This document shows positions 30,294 through 32,841 of a stretch of 32,841 nucleotides of DNA, one piece after another. The notes below the pieces were generated by a model. It had not been told where the DNA came from. It saw nothing but the letters and a program-made list of their open reading frames with translations, and ran no database searches. Origin of the DNA: Oopsacas minuta (taxonomy: Eukaryota; Animalia; Porifera). The stretch lies in NCBI GenBank assembly GCA_024704765.1, contig JAKMXF010000075.1:1-32841 (forward strand). The letters run 5' to 3'. Made by a program: the position numbers and the translations under genes. How positions within the stretch are numbered: the first letter of the stretch is position 1; the number at the start of each line of letters is the position of its first letter.

Positions 30294-31234
30294 GTAAGTT
30301 TGAAATTATAATTTTAGGTAGTATATAGATTTGTGTTGTAAACTGTCTACATCAACCATTTCGGCGAATACAATTTCTGATCTATGATAGGCCCTTCTGT
30401 TGCTGTGAAACAATACTTCTTCTCTTATACGGATGACATAATAACGAGTTATAAGTATATTCGAAATTCTAGCGCCACACATAGTATTATAAGTTCAAAA
30501 TATGGAATTTGACTTCATGCGGGGATTGTTCTATTACAGTTCCAGCTATTAGATATTTGTGTAGTATACGTATTCGTAATTTCTTCCTATAAATTATAGA
30601 AAATATCACTTGATAGCAATACACAATCTTCCGAGTATTAATTTTAATGGACTTACTTCATTCCAATTTTCCCGCATAATACACGCTGTGTCCTCTTCGT
30701 ATGTGTTGAATTTTGTCTTTCTGAAATGAATGATAACTTTGTGTATTACTGTGTGTAGTTAGGTGTTCTTAACATCTCCATAACAAGAATTATGAACTGG
30801 ATTCAACCTGTTCACCAAATACAAATTTATATTATTCAATACTCTCAGTTAGTTTATATATGTACATCTGTACAGTAAAGCATACAGATTGCTACATGAG
30901 TATTAGTAGTGTTAAAGGTATGTAAACAATCTCGTCAATTTACCTGTTTTCATCTTGACTAGAGCATTTACTATTTTAATCTAATTATTAATTTACACAG
31001 ATCATGATGTGAATTACATTTATCTTTTACGATAGTTAAAACCGCACGTTTGTAAAATTTATATATTCCTCGTATGTTATTTCTGAATAGTATGACTATT
31101 CGGGATTTATTCATAATATCAGATGATTGCAGCATCTTGGAGGTAATTTTCCATGAAAAATTTCAATCCGGAGTTCATTTAATTGTCGCATCTAGGAGGT
31201 TCAAGAAGTACTATTTGTCTAGGATAATCAATCG

Positions 31235-31305
31235 GTGGAATGGGATTGTGCCGTATCTCGGAGGGCTACCGCATCTTGGAGGTGGCACTTTGGGAGGTTT
31301 GCCTG
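31235..31305. mobile_element. Solo terminus of a pogo/Tigger-like element related to 2830-3084
   Basis: ...CCGTATCTCGGAGG...GGGAGGTTTGCCTG|TA; the reverse complement CAGGCAAACCTCC matches the 2830-3084 TIR type. No partner end found. Confidence 0.55.
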
Positions 31306-32841
31306 TAGAACGTTGTAGATTTGAATAATCTCTTCGAAATAATAATACAAAAACATCTAATTGATTATATATTGATTGAATAATCCCTAACCACTCGAGC
31401 AGATCTTACTCCCTTGCTACTTTGTTGTCCATTCTTAGTCTCAACATTAGCTCTTGTCCACGCATTATCTTCCTACGCATTTAAACAACTATTACACAAT
31501 CGGATTCTGCTTATGCCATATATTTAGTCAAATTCTGTTAGCATTGTTGATGACGATAATAACTAAATACACAGATAGATATGGGATATCTCGGAATAGT
31601 GAATTCAAATTCAAAATGCCATACAATATTCCTTTCCTTGATAACGGACAAACATACATATTTTGCAACAATTACAATTTAATACTATAGATTGAGAGCA
31701 GGTACGAAGTACCGTTTATGAGCGATTTTCTCAACTGGTCATATTAAACTTGTTTCAGAATCCATTCGGCCATACTGATTTCATTGTCGTTCATGTTTGA
31801 TTGGATTGTCAAAGAGATTCCTCCACCAACAGTTTACCAGCACCACAGTTGAGCTCGGGATTGCAGGGTTGAATATTTTGCTTCGGTGAAGTTGCAAGCA
31901 TAGACTGCCATATAGAATGGAGCTATGTCAAAGCAAAAGTAAATTACGCAATCTATTAGTTATGTTTTACTTAAGAACATTATAAGAAATTTAGCTCTGT
32001 GTTGTGTACTATTATGCTTTCATTGAAGCCACTTTTTGTATCTTGAAATTTATAAGCTAATAATTGTGTTCTTACTGCAACAATGGGCGGTTCATGATCA
32101 TGCAGGGTTAGTTGGGGACATTGTATAGGTGAATCCTCCTCCTCGTATAAAAGTGCAATCATCAGTTATTGGTTATTGCCAGAATTTGTCAGAAACTGAT
32201 TATGAAAATGTTAATCTCTCTGTTATTCAAACAATTACAAGCTCTAAGCTATAACTGTTTGTATATTGGCAAGAATTATATATAAGCACTATCTCTCAAT
32301 CTTAAACTGGGAATGATATAACATTTCACTCTTAACTTTGTAAAATTTTCTATTATCAGACTTTCTTTATCTCAATAAATACAATTCCTGTATTTGTGGA
32401 TTGCGTTTGATTTGTTTATATTAAAGATCCAAATTTGATTATTGTAATCAAAGAACTAGACTTGTGATGTATTATTGTGTAATTGTTCAAGTTTCTGAAT
32501 GATACTCAGCATATTTTGATACGTTTATAGGCTTCTCTCATTACTCCCGAATTCTTTTTCAATTGACGTTTTCACAAGTGTTGCACCTTAGTTACTAGTG
32601 AACACCCAGGAAGAAATGCTATTTCTGAAATTCATGAGGGAATCAATTCTTGGTTATACTTCCTGATTGTAGTAATTATTTCATGTATTTTGAATGAACA
32701 TCAGTGCGACTGTGATTACTCAGGGCGGTTTAAGGCAAACACTATTTCAATTATAGATCCACGCACTCTGACCTAATATGGCTGAAGTTGTAGGTCAGGT
32801 CGTGACAAAAAATTCCCGAAAGGCCTAAACAAATATTACAG

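Noticed and set aside
30763-30880. Candidate CBP exon 5 (TAG|GTGTTCTT..., CVLNISITRIMNW)
   Set aside because: The phase fits but the peptide lacks the required His/Cys ligands of TAZ1.
31980-32162. Minus-strand ORF with a WD40-like LTLHDHEPPIVAV
   Set aside because: Single weak resemblance with no closing WD and no further repeats; the opposite strand is equally protein-like.

Overview
This is AT-rich eukaryotic, almost certainly animal, genomic DNA. The lineage cannot be established from the sequence; an invertebrate such as a sponge is only a guess. It is not prokaryotic: no operons, CRISPR arrays, rRNA or tRNA were recognised. Two host genes sit head-to-head about 10 kb apart. (1) On the minus strand, an apparently intronless TPR + SET-domain gene (4857->3241) of a family type I know mainly from fungi; its last SET/post-SET codons are frameshifted. 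(2) On the plus strand, the 5' part of a CBP/p300 (CREBBP/EP300-like) gene: four exons with GT-AG junctions in consistent phase (14965-15040, 21719-22326, 24317-24481, 30035-30293), ending midway through the TAZ1 zinc finger. The remaining exons are not visible in the window. Most of the rest is decayed transposon sequence: hAT (KIAA1586/ZNF862-like), Mutator-like (NOF/FB type), Gypsy protease/RT/integrase and Ginger/GIN-type integrase remnants, about a dozen MITEs (many with 8-bp or TA target-site duplications), a 561-bp foldback palindrome and Helentron-associated-like repeats. The most unexpected signal is at about 620-1228 on the minus strand: a decayed CRESS-DNA-virus-type Rep SF3 helicase with all helicase motifs in order, next to a 20-bp-stem hairpin carrying AAGTTTTAC, one base from the PCV2 origin nonamer. 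This is a candidate endogenous ssDNA viral element. All family assignments come from motif recognition by eye; no database search was run.
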